From Octopus sinensis (Eukaryota), in contig NC_042997.1 of assembly GCF_006345805.1 (NCBI RefSeq), positions 87,978,001 through 88,042,000 on the forward strand: DNA of 64,000 nt, read 5' to 3'. Shown here piece by piece: positions 48,843-61,869 of this stretch (position 1 is the stretch's first letter; each line of letters begins with the position of its first letter). The translations under genes and the position numbers were made by a program. The notes beneath the pieces were generated by a model. The model did no database searches and had not been told where the DNA came from. It saw only the letters and a program-made list of their open reading frames with translations.

Positions 48843-49330
48843 GTCATTGCCTACTACCAACTAATATCTCCTCAAAGACATACAGCATCTCGAAAGAATC
48901 CAGAAGCTGGCTACCCGCATGGTTCATGGTCTCAAAAATTTGTCCTACGAAGAAAGGCTGAGGACGCTCGACCTTTATTCTCTTGAAAAACGCCGCCGCC
49001 GTAGTGATCTCATTCTCGCCCACAACATCATAAGCGGAAAGTGTGACCTCTCGAAAGAGCTGTTCTTCACTCCTGCTCCAGAGCGTCGGCTGCGGGGTCA
49101 TTCCGAAAAGCTCTACCTGTGACGATTTCATCTCAATCGAAGGAGAGGAGCTTTCTCCGTCCGGGTTGTGGATCCGTGGAACAAGCTGCCAGACGAGATG
49201 GTGAAGACGCCAACGACCGCTTTGTTCAAAGCCTCCCTGGACCTCGAGTGGCCTGAACTCTTTACATGAACACCACCCTGTACTTAACTCTATGTCCCCC
49301 TACATGGCCTTGCTATTTGCTTTTGAGCCA
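48843..49330 (+). mobile_element. 5'-truncated CR1-clade LINE 3' end, young and GC-rich
   Basis: A single frame reads YLLKDIQHLERIQKLATRMVHGLKNLSYEERLRTLDLYSLEKRRRRSDLILAHNIISGKCDLSKELFFTPAPERRLRGHSEKLYL*RFHLNRRRGAFSVRVVDPWNKLPDEMVKTPTTALFKASLDLEWPELFT*, the hallmark CR1 ORF2 C-terminus (LERVQRxATR, RRxRGDLI, RGH, WNxLP). Short 3' UTR and (AACT)n tail. Confidence 0.9.
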
Positions 49331-50340
49331 AATTAACTAACTAACTAATAGTATTACAGTTAAAAGATGCAATAACTTAACTGTTGACCATGTAGTAACA
49401 ATGACAAAATGTCCTTCTTGTGAAGAAATGCTTAAATGTCTAACATATAAAGGAAGTGGTCAACTGTCCATCATATAATGGTAATTTTCAAAAGACCAAT
49501 GAAGTAGTGTTAAAGAGTTCCATAGTAATTAATCTATAGATTAGGTACAAGAAAATTATTTTGGCGGATACGAGAAGGAAATACATTAATTAGGTAGGAG
49601 CCTTACAAGAATGTAGTTATTCTAAATTAAACTACAAATTATGGTATTCTAAGTCCTTTAATCATTTTAATTTTGCATTTTTATTCACTTTACTTCTGTT
49701 TATTATTATCATTATTATTTTCTTTTATTGTCAAGGTAATTACTTAAATAATTTCTGATTTATAGGTTTTTAATGAAAATGGTTTCATGTAGGTTAACTG
49801 AAATCTGCTTGGCATTGAATATTTAGCGACAGCCTCTGGGTAAATTCTGGAACAGTGTAAAAAAAAACCACATTGCATATGTTATCTTAGAATGTTTAAA
49901 ATCAGTTGAGAGTCTATAGATGATGAAGGGTGACTGGTAATGGTTTATTGTTTATTCTGATTTTTTTACTACTAGAACAGAACCTCTTGGATAAACAGCT
50001 ACATAAGTTAAAAATAGAAAAAAAAAAAATTTGTTTGTTCCATTAGAGAGACAAATAATTGTTCTTAAGTTTCCTAAGTCACATTTAATTTGATAACCAA
50101 AGAATTTGATTAGAACTAATGGTAGTTATTTGTGACAAGCAATCAATTTCCTGTGAATACATTTTCCAAAAGCCTTGATAAAGTTGAGACCATTCTAGGT
50201 CATAATAAATAGTTCTGCTGTAGCAGTTTGGAAAGGATAAACCTATCACTACATTGTACAATAGCATGTATATAGAAATACTTCACTGACAGGTGTCACA
50301 TTGAAGTGTTAAACCTATTTCTATAATACATATTACATGA

Positions 50341-50388
<48 letters not shown>

Positions 50389-50486
50389 AAATGATTCCTA
50401 TTTCCTTTTTGTTTTGAATTGTGTCTAGCCACCTTCATTATTTTATGTATATATATGTGTGTGTGTGTGCATATATATATATAATC

Positions 50487-51290
50487 ATCATCATTGTTGT
50501 TTATCATCCGCTTTCCATGCTGGCATGGGTTGGACGGTTTGACTGAGGACTGATGAGCCAGAAGGCTGCACCAGGCTCAATCTGGTCTGGCAAAGTTTCT
50601 ACAGCTAATGCCAACCACTCTGAGAGTGCAATGGGTGCTTTTTATGTTCCACGATCATGGGAGCCAATCCATGGCCCTGGCAATGATCACGCTCAGATGT
50701 GTTTTCAATGTTCCACTGGCGGTACTATCATCGGCCACGTCAGTGATTTTGATTTGATTTTACTTTCCTCAATAGGTCTTCACAAGCAAAGTTTATTGTC
50801 CAATGAATGAGGAGTACTTATATGTGGGCCGGCTACACCCCACGTTTGGATGTGCTTTTAATGCTCCACTGGCTATGGTCTCATTTTGCTTGTCGGGTCT
50901 TCTCAAGCACAGCATACCTCCAAAGTCTTGATCACTAGTCTTTGCCTCGGTAAGGTCCAATGTTCAAAGGTCATGCTTCACCACCTCATCCCAGGTTTTC
51001 CTGGGTCTACCTCTTCCACAGGTTCCCTCAACTGTTAGGCTGTCTTCATTCGCAACATATGACCATACCAGTGCAGTCATCTCTCTTGCACACCATGTCT
51101 AATGCTTCTTAAATCCAACTTTTCTCTCAGGCTGCTTGCACTCTGTCATGTATGCACACTGAAATTACACACCCAGCAGAGTATACTGGCTTCATTCCTT
51201 GCAAGCTTACACATGTCCTCAGCAGTCATGGCCCATATTTCACTGCCACATAGCATGGCTGTTCGTACACATGCATATATGATACTACAT
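50487..51290 (-). mobile_element. RTE LINE 3' end (ORF C-terminus plus 3' UTR)
   Basis: The minus strand gives ACVRTAMLCGSEIWAMTAEDMCKLARNEASILCWVCN...LREKLDLRSIRHGVQERRLHWYGHMLRM...TVEGTCGRGRPRKTWDEVVKHDL, then a 3' UTR ending in (ATG)n at about 50487. Confidence 0.88.
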
Positions 51291-52939
51291 GGCCCATTAA
51301 AACAAATTCATTATCATGTTAGCACATTGGAAAAGTTAAATTCATTATCATGTAGAATGCTGCTAAAAAGACAAAACTTATTGTATGTTACATAGATTAA
51401 ATTCATTTCCGCACTTATGTTTAGATGAATAACTTATGGGCCTGCAGCATGATGAAAATTATATATTCATTGCAAATTATAAAAAAATATATTATATTTT
51501 AAAAAGATAAAGAAACAATATTTTCTCTGTGTTGCCCAGTATAATGATAGAGCGATTGGAACAAAGAAATTATATGACATATTTATCTTGACAGAAAACG
51601 AGTAACCAGTAAATTATATCAGCGGTAACATTATTTGCTACGAGAGGAGATGGATATTAGTCAGAGTTAGCCACGATATACAGAAAAGAAAGCAAGAGTT
51701 CTCCGTTAAAGAATGAGAAGTGAACAAATTACATGTTTATAAAGAAAATAGTACAAATAAATAATGTAATATTTTGATGTCACTGACACAAATGGAATAT
51801 AAACAAAACCCAATAGCTAACTTCCAGTTTAATCTTTAATATTTCCTCTTATACTGCAGCACATATTTTATATATACCATGTTTTTGTTGTATTTTATCT
51901 GTGACATTCTATTTAATATACCTTTGCTTCCAATGTTTTGGATGTTTAACATCATTGAATATTTTTAGATTACTTCAATAATAATTTTGAACATATTCCA
52001 TTGAAATAAATATGTTTAAAAGTAAAGCTTTTTTTTTTTAATAAAATGTTCTTTATAAAAACAAAAAGCATTTTAAAAATAATTCTGCAGTTTGAAGAAG
52101 TTTAATTAAATAGAAAACTTTTAAAGAAATAGTCATAGAATAGTGAACAATTCATGGAAAACATGACACCAGGAAGAGATAAAGAAAGCCAGTTGGTGAT
52201 GTAATCAATATTTCCAGCCACAAAGAACCAACTTTCCACTAAAGAAATGTATTGATTTTTGTTTGTGGATATTTTGGAATCAAAGCAAGAAAAACATGAA
52301 GCAATTGTGGGAGGATGGGACACATACAGTTAAATGTTTTAGCCATTATTATAGATGACCAAGATGAGGAAAGTGTAGGATTAATTGTGTTAGTGTTTAG
52401 TTTTAACCCTCTCAGTTCCAAGTTCAAACCCAAATGTAAGCGAGTCACCTTTACATTTTACCATAGTAAAATTAATAACACAAGTACCACTATAATACTA
52501 GGTTCATTTCAGTTGATTATACTCTTCAATAATTACTATCAAATTCAATTAAATGAATCATTATTTCTAAGTAAAAGCCAGATATTATCATTGTTAAAAT
52601 CATTTTCTTTCTTTTGATCATTAGATCAAAGGCATTTTAAAGCAGAATTTTCATATAGAAAGGACAATTACATAATCTGGATCTGATCTGCATATGAAGT
52701 TATTTCCCTGTATTTCTTAACAAATGCTTTTGATAATGGCATAATCTCTGTCTCACCCCTCAATAAATCTGAAGCTTTATTCTTATTTTGTTAAATTTGC
52801 ACCATGAAGCTCTCCTAAAATATAAACTCTTTCTGAAATATGGTTAAATTTTCTAGTTGAAGCTATTTTTGTTTTCTTGCTCCACTAATTACTGAAGTCT
52901 TGTTTTAGTGTCCACTCTTCCATACTCACATAGGTCGGA

Positions 52940-53310
52940 CAGAATTTGTTGAAGTGGATTTTCTACAACTGGATGCCCTTCCTGCCACCAACCTTCACTT
53001 GTTTCCAAGCAAAATGATATTTCCCCATGACCAGACATGTTTATATGGAAGATTGGAAATGGACACTACTTGCATTTACAACAATTATGTGAAGTCAGTA
53101 CAAGGAGACAGTAACACACACATGCACACACACACACACACACATGCATGCATGCATGTGCACAACAGGCTTTGTTCAGTTTCTGTCTGTCAAATCCAAT
53201 CACAAGGCTTTGATTGGCCCAGGGCTATAATACAAGACACTTGCCAAGGTGCTAGGCTGTAGAACTGAAAAACATGTGGTTGGGAAGAAACTTCTTACTA
53301 TATAGCCTTG
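52940..53310 (-). mobile_element. Composite SINE (family A head with the same alternative 3' half as 4985-5400)
   Basis: GGATGCCCTTCCTGCCACCAACCTTCACTTGTTTCCAAG...TATTTCCCCATGACCA...GGAAGATTGGAAATG is shared with 5060-5150; head block at 53165-53310. Confidence 0.7.
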
Positions 53311-54424
53311 TCTGTGCCAAGACAAATGAGGTTAATGTGGTTGATGTTCTTCATGAATGACTGCAGGAAAAAACATATTACAGGGAGGGAATCTCAGTGA
53401 GCTGACATTCTGAGGAGGCAGAATTAGGCATAGTAATCAGTGTAGGGCTTGAGAAGGTGAACACTATGGGTGATGAGAGGAAGATAAACGAGTGAGATGG
53501 ATGTGCAAGACAGAAGTTCCTGGTTAGTTCAGCTCTGGAAGTTAGTCTTATTCTCATTTAAAACTAATCAATACACTTTATGATACTAATGTTTAAGACA
53601 GAAAGGATAAACAACAATGTTACAGCATGAAACCTCATCACCAATAGTTGACAAAGAAACAATTATAGCTCTAAAAATAGTAATCAAATCTCCCTCAAAT
53701 TACATCTAACTGCCTTACCAAAAAGGAAGAACAAATTCAATAATGTAGTACTAGATATACTATTTCTGTAAACAAGACTGAGGTCATGGTTGGAGAGTCT
53801 TTGCTTGTAGGCCTGATTAATCAAAGCTAAGATATAGCTAAACAACAAGAAATTCATCATAATATATAAAACCTCATGTTTCATCAAAAGTAAATCAGTA
53901 CTCTTAGCAATTAGTTTTATTATTGATGATTGCCTTTAATTTCATCTGTTATTATAATCCGTATTTTTCCATTGCATCTTATTACTGCCTATATCTAATA
54001 TCAGGTTCAGTTCTTGTTGCTATCTCTTACTTTTACCAATATCTCTTTCTTAGTCTTTTTTGTTTTCTTCTGCTTTCTATGATCATAACTAGTCACACCA
54101 TGTTTGTTGTATTTGCTCTGTTTGTCCATTCTCCCTATATCATACTAGCTCTTAAGTTCTCTCTTTTTCTCTCTGGCTTTCTTTCGTTCTATTTTTTCCC
54201 CCATACTTTACCTACTCTCTCTCTTTCTTTCTCCCCCACAATCCTATTCACTTTCTTGCATAGTTTCTCTTTCAAACAATACATTTTTTTCCATTTTATT
54301 CCTAGGCTTTTCTTTTTGTGTAGCTTTGTGTACAATTTATAGTATTTTTATGTGTGGTATATATGGTGTGCTATATCAGAAGATTCTGGTGTCTGTGTTT
54401 GCATAGTTTAGACACATCGTTTAA

Positions 54425-54940
54425 GTTTGTGTGTGTGTGCTGTAAGAGCATGTGTGATTATGTGCATATATTAAAATCAGGATAAATTTGATGGTAGCCA
54501 CAGTCGTTCGCCTGAGGACAATATATTTAATTTGACAGGTCATTAAGAGAAATGATTCCACAAAATGAAACCCAGTCCCAGTAGTCACATGCAAGTTGAT
54601 TTATTTATAAACCATAAAATGTATCATTCAGTTTTTTCAAAAATATATTCAATTAAGGACTGTAACTAATGCTATCATCTTCCATTTTTTGAGGAAACTT
54701 CACTACCAATGTTTTACCTCTCAATGGAGTGAGAATGTCCACTATAATCTGTAGTGGATGTATAGGTAAAAAACAGCTGAGTGTGTGTTGTAAGAGTATA
54801 TGTGTTGATATGTGCATATATGAAAATCAATCAAAATTCGATGGTAGCCACCTTTGTTTGTCTGAGGACAATATATTTGATAGAACATTAAAAGAAATGA
54901 TTCTACGAAATAAAACCCAGTAGTTACAATGCAAGTTGGC
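54425..54940. repeat. Diverged local direct duplication of about 170 bp (54425-54600 and 54778-54940)
   Basis: Both copies contain TGTAAGAG-A-TGTG...ATGTGCATATAT-AAAATCA...GATGGTAGCCAC...CTGAGGACAATATATTT...AGAAATGATTC...AAACCCAG...TAGT-ACA-TGCAAGTTG. Confidence 0.85.
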
Positions 54941-55300
54941 AATTTCCTCAGAGCTGTCCAGATGGCAGCATATTTGTTTTCACAGTGGAGCTTGTTGAAT
55001 TCTTCAGCTTTGGGCTCAATGTGTGTTTCTAGTGCATCATTGTATGTATCAAGTGTAACTTCAGCTGAACTGAGGTTCCTTTCAACATTCCAAATAGACC
55101 AAGATTGATGCATCTGTACTGCTTTCTTCAGATCTTCTTTGGCTTTTGTTACTATTTCATTGGAAGCAGTGGTTTGTATGTTGTTTCCCTATATCCCTGT
55201 TGGATGTGGTTAGGGTGTCTTATTCTTATGCCTGTCACAAAGAGTGAAGAATATGTTGCATACTGCAACTGTACTTCTTGGACAGGTTAGCATCATCTGT
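54930..55300 (-). mobile_element. LINE ORF2 inter-domain remnant (RTE-X/Proto2-like)
   Basis: DDANLSKKYS... and SNEIVTKAKEDLKKAVQMHQS...RNLSSAEVTLDTYNDALETHIEPKAEEFNKLHCENKYAAIWTALRKL match the helical EN-RT linker pattern (YIxxKIxEIxxxHxxNxxxxAWxxIxxL). Frameshifts upstream. Confidence 0.55.
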
Positions 55301-55979
55301 AAATACAATTTCACTTCTAAGTTAATCAGAAGTGAGCTTATGGATGCATGATGTGAAAAATAGACTATTAGAAAGATAAAAGCAACAAAATTTACAACAG
55401 AGGTGTTTCTGTCAATAGCAATTGAAAGATTATATTATTTTAAAGAAGTGATTTAGTTTTTTTTCTAATTCTGTCTGTTTGCTGTAGATTTGTAAGTGCG
55501 AGAAGATCATTGCTGCTGTACAAACTGCACTTGATCATAGATAATTTCTTTTACATTTGCCTAAGTGCAATTTAGCAAAATCAGTCACTTCTGCCCAGTT
55601 ACCAGCTGCAATACTGCCGTTTTATGTCAATATCTGATTATTATAATTAATTATTTCCTTTTATTTTCTTCTATTCATGGTCTTCATCATTCTGTAAAAA
55701 AATATTTTATGTACATACTCAACTCTTAAGCTTACAGTAGGCTTGTGTTCACTCTATCTACAACTTCATTTATTATTCTTAGTGACTACATCCACTTTTT
55801 TGTTTACATTTCAATTTATAGCTATGAGTGTAAGGTATGCATACATTGTATATGTATATTTATATGCACACATTCATATATGTGAGGATATGCATGTATC
55901 TTGCATTTATCCTTATATGTATGAGTTCACATATTTTTTGTAGTTACCACATTCAGTATTTTTTGAGATGTGTAATATA

Positions 55980-56133
55980 GTATATGTGTATGAATGTCTG
56001 TGAATACATCTGCATACATAAGTGTATGTGTATATACGAAGGTCAGTGAATGCATATGGAAATATAAGTACGTGTGTACATATATATCTATGTATGTTCT
56101 TGTGAGTGTGTATTTGTTAATGTATATACATAC

Positions 56134-56187
<54 letters not shown>

Positions 56188-56270
56188 AAATGTATGTTTA
56201 AATGTGTGTGAATGTAATATATGCATCTATGTGTCTGTGTATATGTCTATGGGTGTTTATATGTAAGTTA
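55980..56270. repeat. Compound (TG)n/(TA)n low-complexity tract
   Basis: Read directly. Confidence 0.92.
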
Positions 56271-56554
56271 CTACTTAAACTACTTATGTAGAAATTTATC
56301 ATCTGTGCTTAACATCTGTCTATTTCCCATATTTTTCTTTTCTGCCACCTTCATTTAAAATTTTGCCAAACCTTTAATTGAAACTGATACATATTTGTAG
56401 TAGTTACTTCATTTACAAATTTTTTCTATGTCTTCCCCTCCTAGTATTGCTTTTCTGTGCAAGCTGAATTTCTATTCTTTAGTTTATACTTCTGAGAAAA
56501 AATGAATAAGAATTGAGAAATTGTACAACTGTCAGTTAAGCATTTTTATACACA

Positions 56555-56564
56555 CACATGTATG

Positions 56565-56639
<75 letters not shown>

Positions 56640-56650
56640 ATATATATATT
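56555..56650. repeat. (TA)n microsatellite
   Basis: Read directly. Confidence 0.97.
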
Positions 56651-56659
56651 TGTAAAGTC

Positions 56660-57012
56660 ACATGCATGGCTGTGTGGTAAGAAGCTTGCTTCCCAACCAC
56701 ATGGTTCCAGGTTCAGTTCCACTGCATGGCACCTTGGGCTCACCAAAGCCTTCTAAGTAGATTTCGTAGATGGAAAATTGAAAGAAGCCTGTTAAATATA
56801 TATGTGTGTGTATGTCGGTGTTTGTCCCCCTCCCCCATCACTGGTGTGTTTGCATCTCCATAACTTGGTAGTTCAGCAAAAGAGACTGATAGAATAAGTG
56901 CCTGGCTTTAAAAAAAATATAAGTACTGGGATCTATTCATTTGACTAAAAATTCAAGTCAGTGTCCTAGCATGGCTGCAGTCTAATGACTGAAACAAGTA
57001 AAAGAATAAAAG
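56660..57012 (+). mobile_element. Family A SINE, near full length
   Basis: GCATGGCTGTGTGGTAAGAAGCTTGCTTCCCAACCACATGGTTCCAGGTTCAGTTCCACTG...GACTGAAACAAGTAAAAG. Confidence 0.85.
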
Positions 57013-57019
57013 AAAGAAT

Positions 57020-57745
57020 GATCCTTGGTGAACCCTTACTTGTACCCTGAATTCTTTACTGTACTCATTGCCAGCCTTGACCTCACTGGTAGTCTCCCTG
57101 TGCATAGCTTGTGCAGTTCTCATCAACCACTCATTTATCCCTAGTTTCTGCATTGACCACCAGATATGGGATTGGAAGACCCTGTCAAAGGCTTTCTGCA
57201 AGTCACAAAAGCCAAGTATAGAGGTCTATTTTTGGCTATGTATTTCTCCTGCAGCTGCCTTACCAGAAATATAGCATCAGTGGTGCTTCTCCTTTGCACA
57301 AAACCAAATTACATCTCATCTGGACTAACTCTCTCTCTAATTAGTTGGGCTATGACTCTCTCCATAACTTTCATCACCTGTTCCAACAATTTGATACCTC
57401 TGTAATTATTTCTATTTAAGACTTCAAATTTACCTTTGTAACAGTTGATAATGGTGCTGCTATACCAATCATTGAGTATGACTCCTTCATGTACCACCTG
57501 ATTTACAATACACTTGACTAGACCATAACCCACATTGCCAGATATTTTAAGCATTTCGGTGGTGGTTCCTGATGGTCCAGGGACTTTCCCTGTCTTGATA
57601 TCCTTAATTGCTTTATCTACCAAGGTACTGTCAATTCAGATAGCTTTCAAACTCCCCTCCTCCCACTCATTTTCTATGTTCGGCAGTCTTTCATAATGGT
57701 ATTTCCAAGCTCCTGGCCTATCCTGGTGTCCTATATTTTGAAATA
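57020..57745 (-). mobile_element. RTE LINE reverse-transcriptase fragment (pseudogene)
   Basis: AWKYHYERLPNIENEW...MVDKAIKDIKTGKVPGPSG...NYRGIKLLEQVMKVMERVI...FGFVQRRSTTDAIFLVRQLQEKY...LQKAFDRV...VRVHQGS: RT domains 0-4 with stops and a frameshift. Confidence 0.92.
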
Positions 57746-59892
57746 CATAGGTTCTAGTGGATCTTGCAACTCTCTCTCTTGCTCCCTCCCTCCCCCTCTT
57801 TCTCTCTCTCTCACACATATATATTAAAGAGATCTGTTGTGTAATGCTGGAACAATGCAAGAAGGTACAAAGTAAATTACAAAGAGGAAAGGAAAATAAG
57901 ACAAAACAAAACAAAGTTGCAGTTGTACCTTGTATTTCTATTTCTTGAAATATAAAAATATAAAAATACAAGGTAAAACAGCAACTTTTTGTTTTGTTTT
58001 CCTTTTTTAAGTTTACTTTGTACCTTCTGACATTGTTCTGGCCATACACACCAAACTCTTTAAAGTAATACTACACAATGCTTCACCAAAACACATTGGA
58101 CAATATAGTTATTGATATATAATACTAGATAGAAATATAATGGTCATGATTATAGTCTTCCCAGCCAGGATTGAGATAGAGCTAGAAACAATAATTTAAA
58201 AACATTTTTGTTTTGCCTGGCTATTACCTTTGCGTTGGAGTAATTTCCATGTGAACATCTACTAATGGAGAGAAATGGGTGTCATACACTCAAATTCATT
58301 ATTTTTTCCACTTGATGAATTAAATAAAGTTAATTATCTATTGATGAACTGAATTTGAATGCTGAAGTATGAAGTTTAAGGCTATTTCATTCAACAGTCT
58401 GTGGACTAATGTCACAACAGTGATTTTTAGCATCCGAATAAACACTATCACAATAAAACTTCATAGTGTTCTGGTGATTTTCTCTTATTTAAATGTCTGA
58501 AACTGAAATTGAAACTTTTCATCAATAGCAAATTAATCAATAATGCAGTGTTAAACAGTGAGAAATCAATAAATATGTCAAATATTTCTTAACTTCTGGA
58601 ACAGTTTTCATTTTGACAGGAAACATAATAGATTCCTGTAATAAAAAGAAAAAATAATGCATTAGCTTGAATATTCTGAATTGATCTGTTCTATTGGTTG
58701 TAATATTAAATTATGAGAAAGTGGCTTGAGAAAGCAACCATGCGTCAACAATATTGGTAGATGTCTGCTGTAGATACAGCTGTGCTGGTTTGAATGTGTA
58801 TTGTAAATTGATGATACATGTTGGGTGAACAATTGCTATAATTTGGTGGTAGATACTTATGGTTGAGTTAGCCTGAGGAATGTTTGTGAGAGCATTAGTA
58901 AGGACAAACTTCAGAATGTTGCTTAAACGCAGGTCATATCTGATGCAGAAGACTTATGATCAAAGGTATTCCATTTATGACCATCTTTTGTTAATTTTTT
59001 TTCCAGACACAATGCATTTAGGGCCATGTTATCTGATGTTTACTTTCTTTTTAAGATGGTCAGGTATGATTTGGTTCCTATTTCCAGCAGATTAAGTGAC
59101 CTACTGAGGCTTCATTGATTAACTCCAAACTATTCTCTAATTTATAGTAATGCAAACTGAAGATACACAATAAAATGTTTTAATGCAGGCCTATGTGAGT
59201 GAGAAAACTATAAGCTCAATATTAAGTACCATGCATATAAAATGCACTTATTCCACCAAAATCAAGATTAAAATGACAGCATATAATATATGGTATTAGG
59301 CTGCAAACTTTTTCCCACACACTTTTATTAAGAAAAAACAATAATGTTTTAAAGCTTTATTACTTTTTATATTTTAGAAAATATATATACTAATATATTT
59401 TATATAAGATGAAATATTAGAAGCTAATATATTGGATTTCAGAAGATTAGCTACCCTTGTGGCAGTTGTATAGTATGCTATATTGTATTATAAGTTTTAA
59501 AGACAATTTAGCTCCACAAATCAAGATGCATATTATATGTAGACTTTTACAGTAGATGATTATTATTGTTGTAGTTGTAGTAGTAGTAGTAGCAGCAGCA
59601 GCAGCGATATATTATGTATTAATTTCAGTCAGTTGATTCTCTGTCTTTTAACTTAAACACACTACCAGAGTGAATAAAGGTGTCAGTCTGGAGTATATCT
59701 TTCACTATTATCAATATTTTATCCACTTCATACTGTCATATCTTATGGTTTTCATTTTTTTTTTCTCTCTTGTTCATATAATCAGTAGACTAACCTTGCA
59801 AATCTTGTCCCTCATAACTCCTTAATACATATGATATTAAAAACGAAATTTTAAACAATTGATCTTCATATTTTATTATTACAGGTTTTGAA

Positions 59893-60120
59893 GGTGGCAT
59901 GCTGGCAGAATTATTAACATGCCAAACAAAATGCTGCCAACCATTTAGTCTATGTTCTGAGTTCAAATTCCTCTAAGGTTAACTTTGCATTTCATCCTTC
60001 TGGAGTCAATAAAGTTAGTACTAAAGGAACATTGAATTGATGTAATCAACTAGCCTCCTTTTCCCCACACAAAAAAAAAAAAAATTCAGCTTTGTGTTTA
60101 TAGTAGAAAGGATTATTACA
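59893..60120 (+). mobile_element. Family B SINE
   Basis: GCTGGCAGAATTATTAAC...CTGAGTTCAAATTCC...AACTTTGCATTTCATCCTT...GATGTAATCAACTAG. Confidence 0.7.
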
Positions 60121-60334
60121 GGTTGTGTTTTTCATTTGATATTTCATTTGACATCAAAGGGTGAGAGGCTGTACCTGGCCAGTTTAACCATAAAACGTAG
60201 AATATTTGGGGCCTTATATGGCTGGTTTAAATACTAAAAGGTTAGTTACCGGTCAACATTGATGTCATATTCAGTTAACCAACAGTGAAGTAGGTTATAC
60301 ATGAAACTGTTGGATTGTATATTTCCAGACATAA

Positions 60335-60585
60335 CACATTACCTATTTCTTTACTACCTACAAGGGGCTAAACACAGGGGACAAACAAGGACAGACACAC
60401 AGATTAAGTCGATTATATCAACCCCAGTGCGTAACTGGTACTTATTTAATCGACCCCGAAAAGATGAAAGGCAAAGTCGACCTCGGCGGAATTTGAACTC
60501 AGAATGTATGGCAGACGAAATACAGCTATGCATTTTGCCCAGCGTGCTAACGTTTCTGCCAGCTCGCCGCCTTTCGTAACACATT
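60335..60585 (-). mobile_element. Family B SINE, young and CpG-rich
   Basis: The reverse complement reads GGCGGCGAGCTGGCAGAAACGTTAGCACGCTGGGCAAAATGC...CTGAGTTCAAATTCCGCCGAGGTCGACTTTGCCTTTCATCTTTTCGGGGTCGATTAAATAAGTACCAG; CpGs retained. Confidence 0.85.
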
Positions 60586-61309
60586 ACCCTCATTAATTTA
60601 CTGGTTATCTCTATTGTATTATTCCAATTTGTATGAAACAGACAGGCTTATAACATTCATGTGAACTAGACTCCACTTTAACAGTTTACTATTATGAGCC
60701 TGCTAAGTCTCGTAGATGCTTTACCAATATTACAATCCTGGTAATTGGCATGTTGGTGGTTAATTTTGAATTTTCTTACTGTAGCTACTTCTTTTAGGTG
60801 TAATTATAGTGTTCTGAAGAGGTATCAATCAAAAGGAAGCTGAACTATGATCGATAAACATACCTTCTATGTGAATAAAGTGAAGAGTTATATTTAAGCT
60901 TGATACACAAATTAAAGGTCAATTAGGTCAATAAACATGTAGTCAGAGATGCTACTGTTTTAGACCATAGTTGAAAGGAAGGTGTTATGCATAATGTTGC
61001 AGGAAGATGTACATCTGTAACTATACATATTTGTGTGTGTGTATGGATAAATGGATGTTTACATGCATGCATATGCACCTATATGCAACAACACAATTGT
61101 GTATGCAATTAGGTAATAAAAAAAATAGATAAATACATAAATAAAAAATTCAATATGGTTTAGTAGAGTAGAATATTTATTCAAAGCTGAAAAAGCATAA
61201 GTTGCTACTCAGAGTTATATGTTTCCTGAGGAATGAAAAAAACCAAATTCTGAGTAGAATCTCATAAAATTTCAGCTATAAAAATGCATCAGCACCATTA
61301 GCATTATCC

Positions 61310-61500
61310 TAGTGATCATTTAATATCTATGTTCCATGCTGGTATTGGTTGGATGGTTTGACAAGATCCAGTGGGTCCAAGGAATATTGTGCTCCAGTGT
61401 CAGCTTTGGCATGGTTTCCATGGCTAGGTGCCTTTCCTATCACCAACCAGTTTACAAGGTGCTTTTTTTTGTGGCACAAGCTCTAATGAGGTTACCCTAC
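61310..61500 (-). mobile_element. RTE 3' UTR fragment
   Basis: GATCATTTAATATCTATGTTCCATGCTGGTATTGGTTGGATGGTTTGAC matches 50495-50545. Confidence 0.65.
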
Positions 61501-61869
61501 AGTTTGTAAATCTACAAACCCCAATGAGGTTGGGGTAGGGGTTATGCTAGGAGATGATGGAGTGGGGATTTTACAGTACAAGAGAGGGGATCAGGTGATG
61601 ATAATAATGCCACATCTGTAGTGCATCCCAAATTTATACCCCTAAGGAGGTTCATGTACTGCACCACAACACCTTACTTCTCAGAGGACTGTAGTACCAC
61701 ACTGATCTCAAAACTGTTGAAGGCCCTTTTATAGTGAACTATAACTATGGGATGTGAAATGAATAATAAAATTTTACAGAGAATAAGAGTGTGTTCAACT
61801 CAGCAAAGGATGTGCTATAGTAAACCTTGACAAAGCCACTTGCACAAACCTCTTCAACAGTCCAGTTCT

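Noticed and set aside
54742-55113. 123-aa minus ORF as a host gene exon
   Set aside because: The sequence pattern and upstream frameshifted pieces fit a LINE EN-RT linker, and there are no convincing splice sites at its ends.
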